Below are positions 15,721 through 16,284 of a DNA stretch of 16,284 bases, piece after piece; positions within the stretch are counted from its first letter, which is position 1, and each line of letters opens with the position of its first letter. The position numbers and the translations under genes were made by a program. The notes under the pieces are model-generated. The model ran no database searches and had not been told where the DNA came from. It saw only the letters and a list, made by a program, of their open reading frames with translations. This DNA is from an archaeon (lineage in GTDB: Archaea; Iainarchaeota; Iainarchaeia; Iainarchaeales; Iainarchaeaceae): positions 1 to 16,284 of the forward strand of contig JBBSVV010000048.1 of the NCBI GenBank assembly GCA_038046625.1, in the 5' to 3' direction.

Positions 15721-16284
15721 CTAAAACAGCCTGAAGTAGAAAAGCATGAGGACAACTGCCGAAATCAGGAGCTGTGCCGAGAGCAGAAAAACCACCAATT
15801 GCTTTTCCGTGAAGGTTCTCATGGACATTACGAAGTGCATCAATGACCCGCCGCGCGGGTCCGGCTTCAATGTGCCGTCCTTTTGCGGGGTGCCGAAGTT
15901 TTCGCTCTGGAATTTATGGCGTGCCTTGAAAACAAGCTCGACCCAGTGCAAGGCAATGAGGCTGATTCCTATTTTTTCCATGTTGCCTATTATGGAGATT
16001 GCCGCGATGCTCGCGCCTATCATTAAAGTGAGCGAGTCGCCGCCGAAGACTTTTGCCGGAAACCAGTTGTACCTGAGGAAAGCGAGGAGTGCCCCGATTA
16101 TCGCCACGCCGAGAATTAGCGCCTCGGTTTTTCCGGTCATGAATGCAATCAGCGAGAGCGTCGAAACAATTATCATTCCGAGGCCGGCCTCAAGGCCGTT
16201 GAAGCCGGCCAGCAGGTTGAACGCATTGCTTGCGCCCGTGACCACTATTCGAACCAGAATCAGAGAATACCAGATGCCTATAGC
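15721..16284 (-). CDS. MraY/GPT family (glycosyltransferase family 4) UDP-GlcNAc:lipid-phosphate GlcNAc-1-P transferase, 5'-truncated by the window edge
   Basis: ASNAFNLLAGFNGLEAG and LRYNWFPAKVFGGDS motifs with multiple TM helices. Frame stays open to the window end. Confidence 0.9.
   Translation of the reverse strand, partial: AIGIWYSLILVRIVVTGASNAFNLLAGFNGLEAGLGMIIVSTLSLIAFMTGKTEALILGVAIIGALLAFLRYNWFPAKVFGGDSLTLMIGASIAAISIIGNMEKIGISLIALHWVELVFKARHKFQSENFGTPQKDGTLKPDPRGGSLMHFVMSMRTFTEKQLVVFLLSAQLLISAVVLMLFYFRLF

Overview
Archaeal genomic window. TBP, Rpo4, eL21, DUF655 and AMP phosphorylase place it in Archaea; a DPANN/Diapherotrites-like origin is my inference only. From left to right it holds a SAM methyltransferase, a translationally coupled de novo pyrimidine operon (pyrB-pyrI-pyrD-pyrK-pyrC-pyrE-ORFan-pyrF) and AMP phosphorylase. 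Next come the conserved rpl21e-rpoF-DUF655-rsmA cluster on the minus strand, a Cys-rich surface protein, msrA, tbp, a stand-alone 5S rRNA, a wHTH-Fic gene, a membrane protein and a partial MraY/GPT-family transferase. The most unusual signal is non-coding. Four intergenic regions (9474-9800, 11160-11340, 13058-13183, 14706-14827) are built from a shared kit of small hairpin modules that show compensatory base changes, occur in both orientations and appear inserted into one another. There is also a perfect 14-triad intrastrand triplex motif upstream of pyrB (769-821), a four-half-site operator-like array before AMP phosphorylase, a 5S rRNA lacking the usual loop E motif, and several enzymes with non-canonical catalytic motifs.
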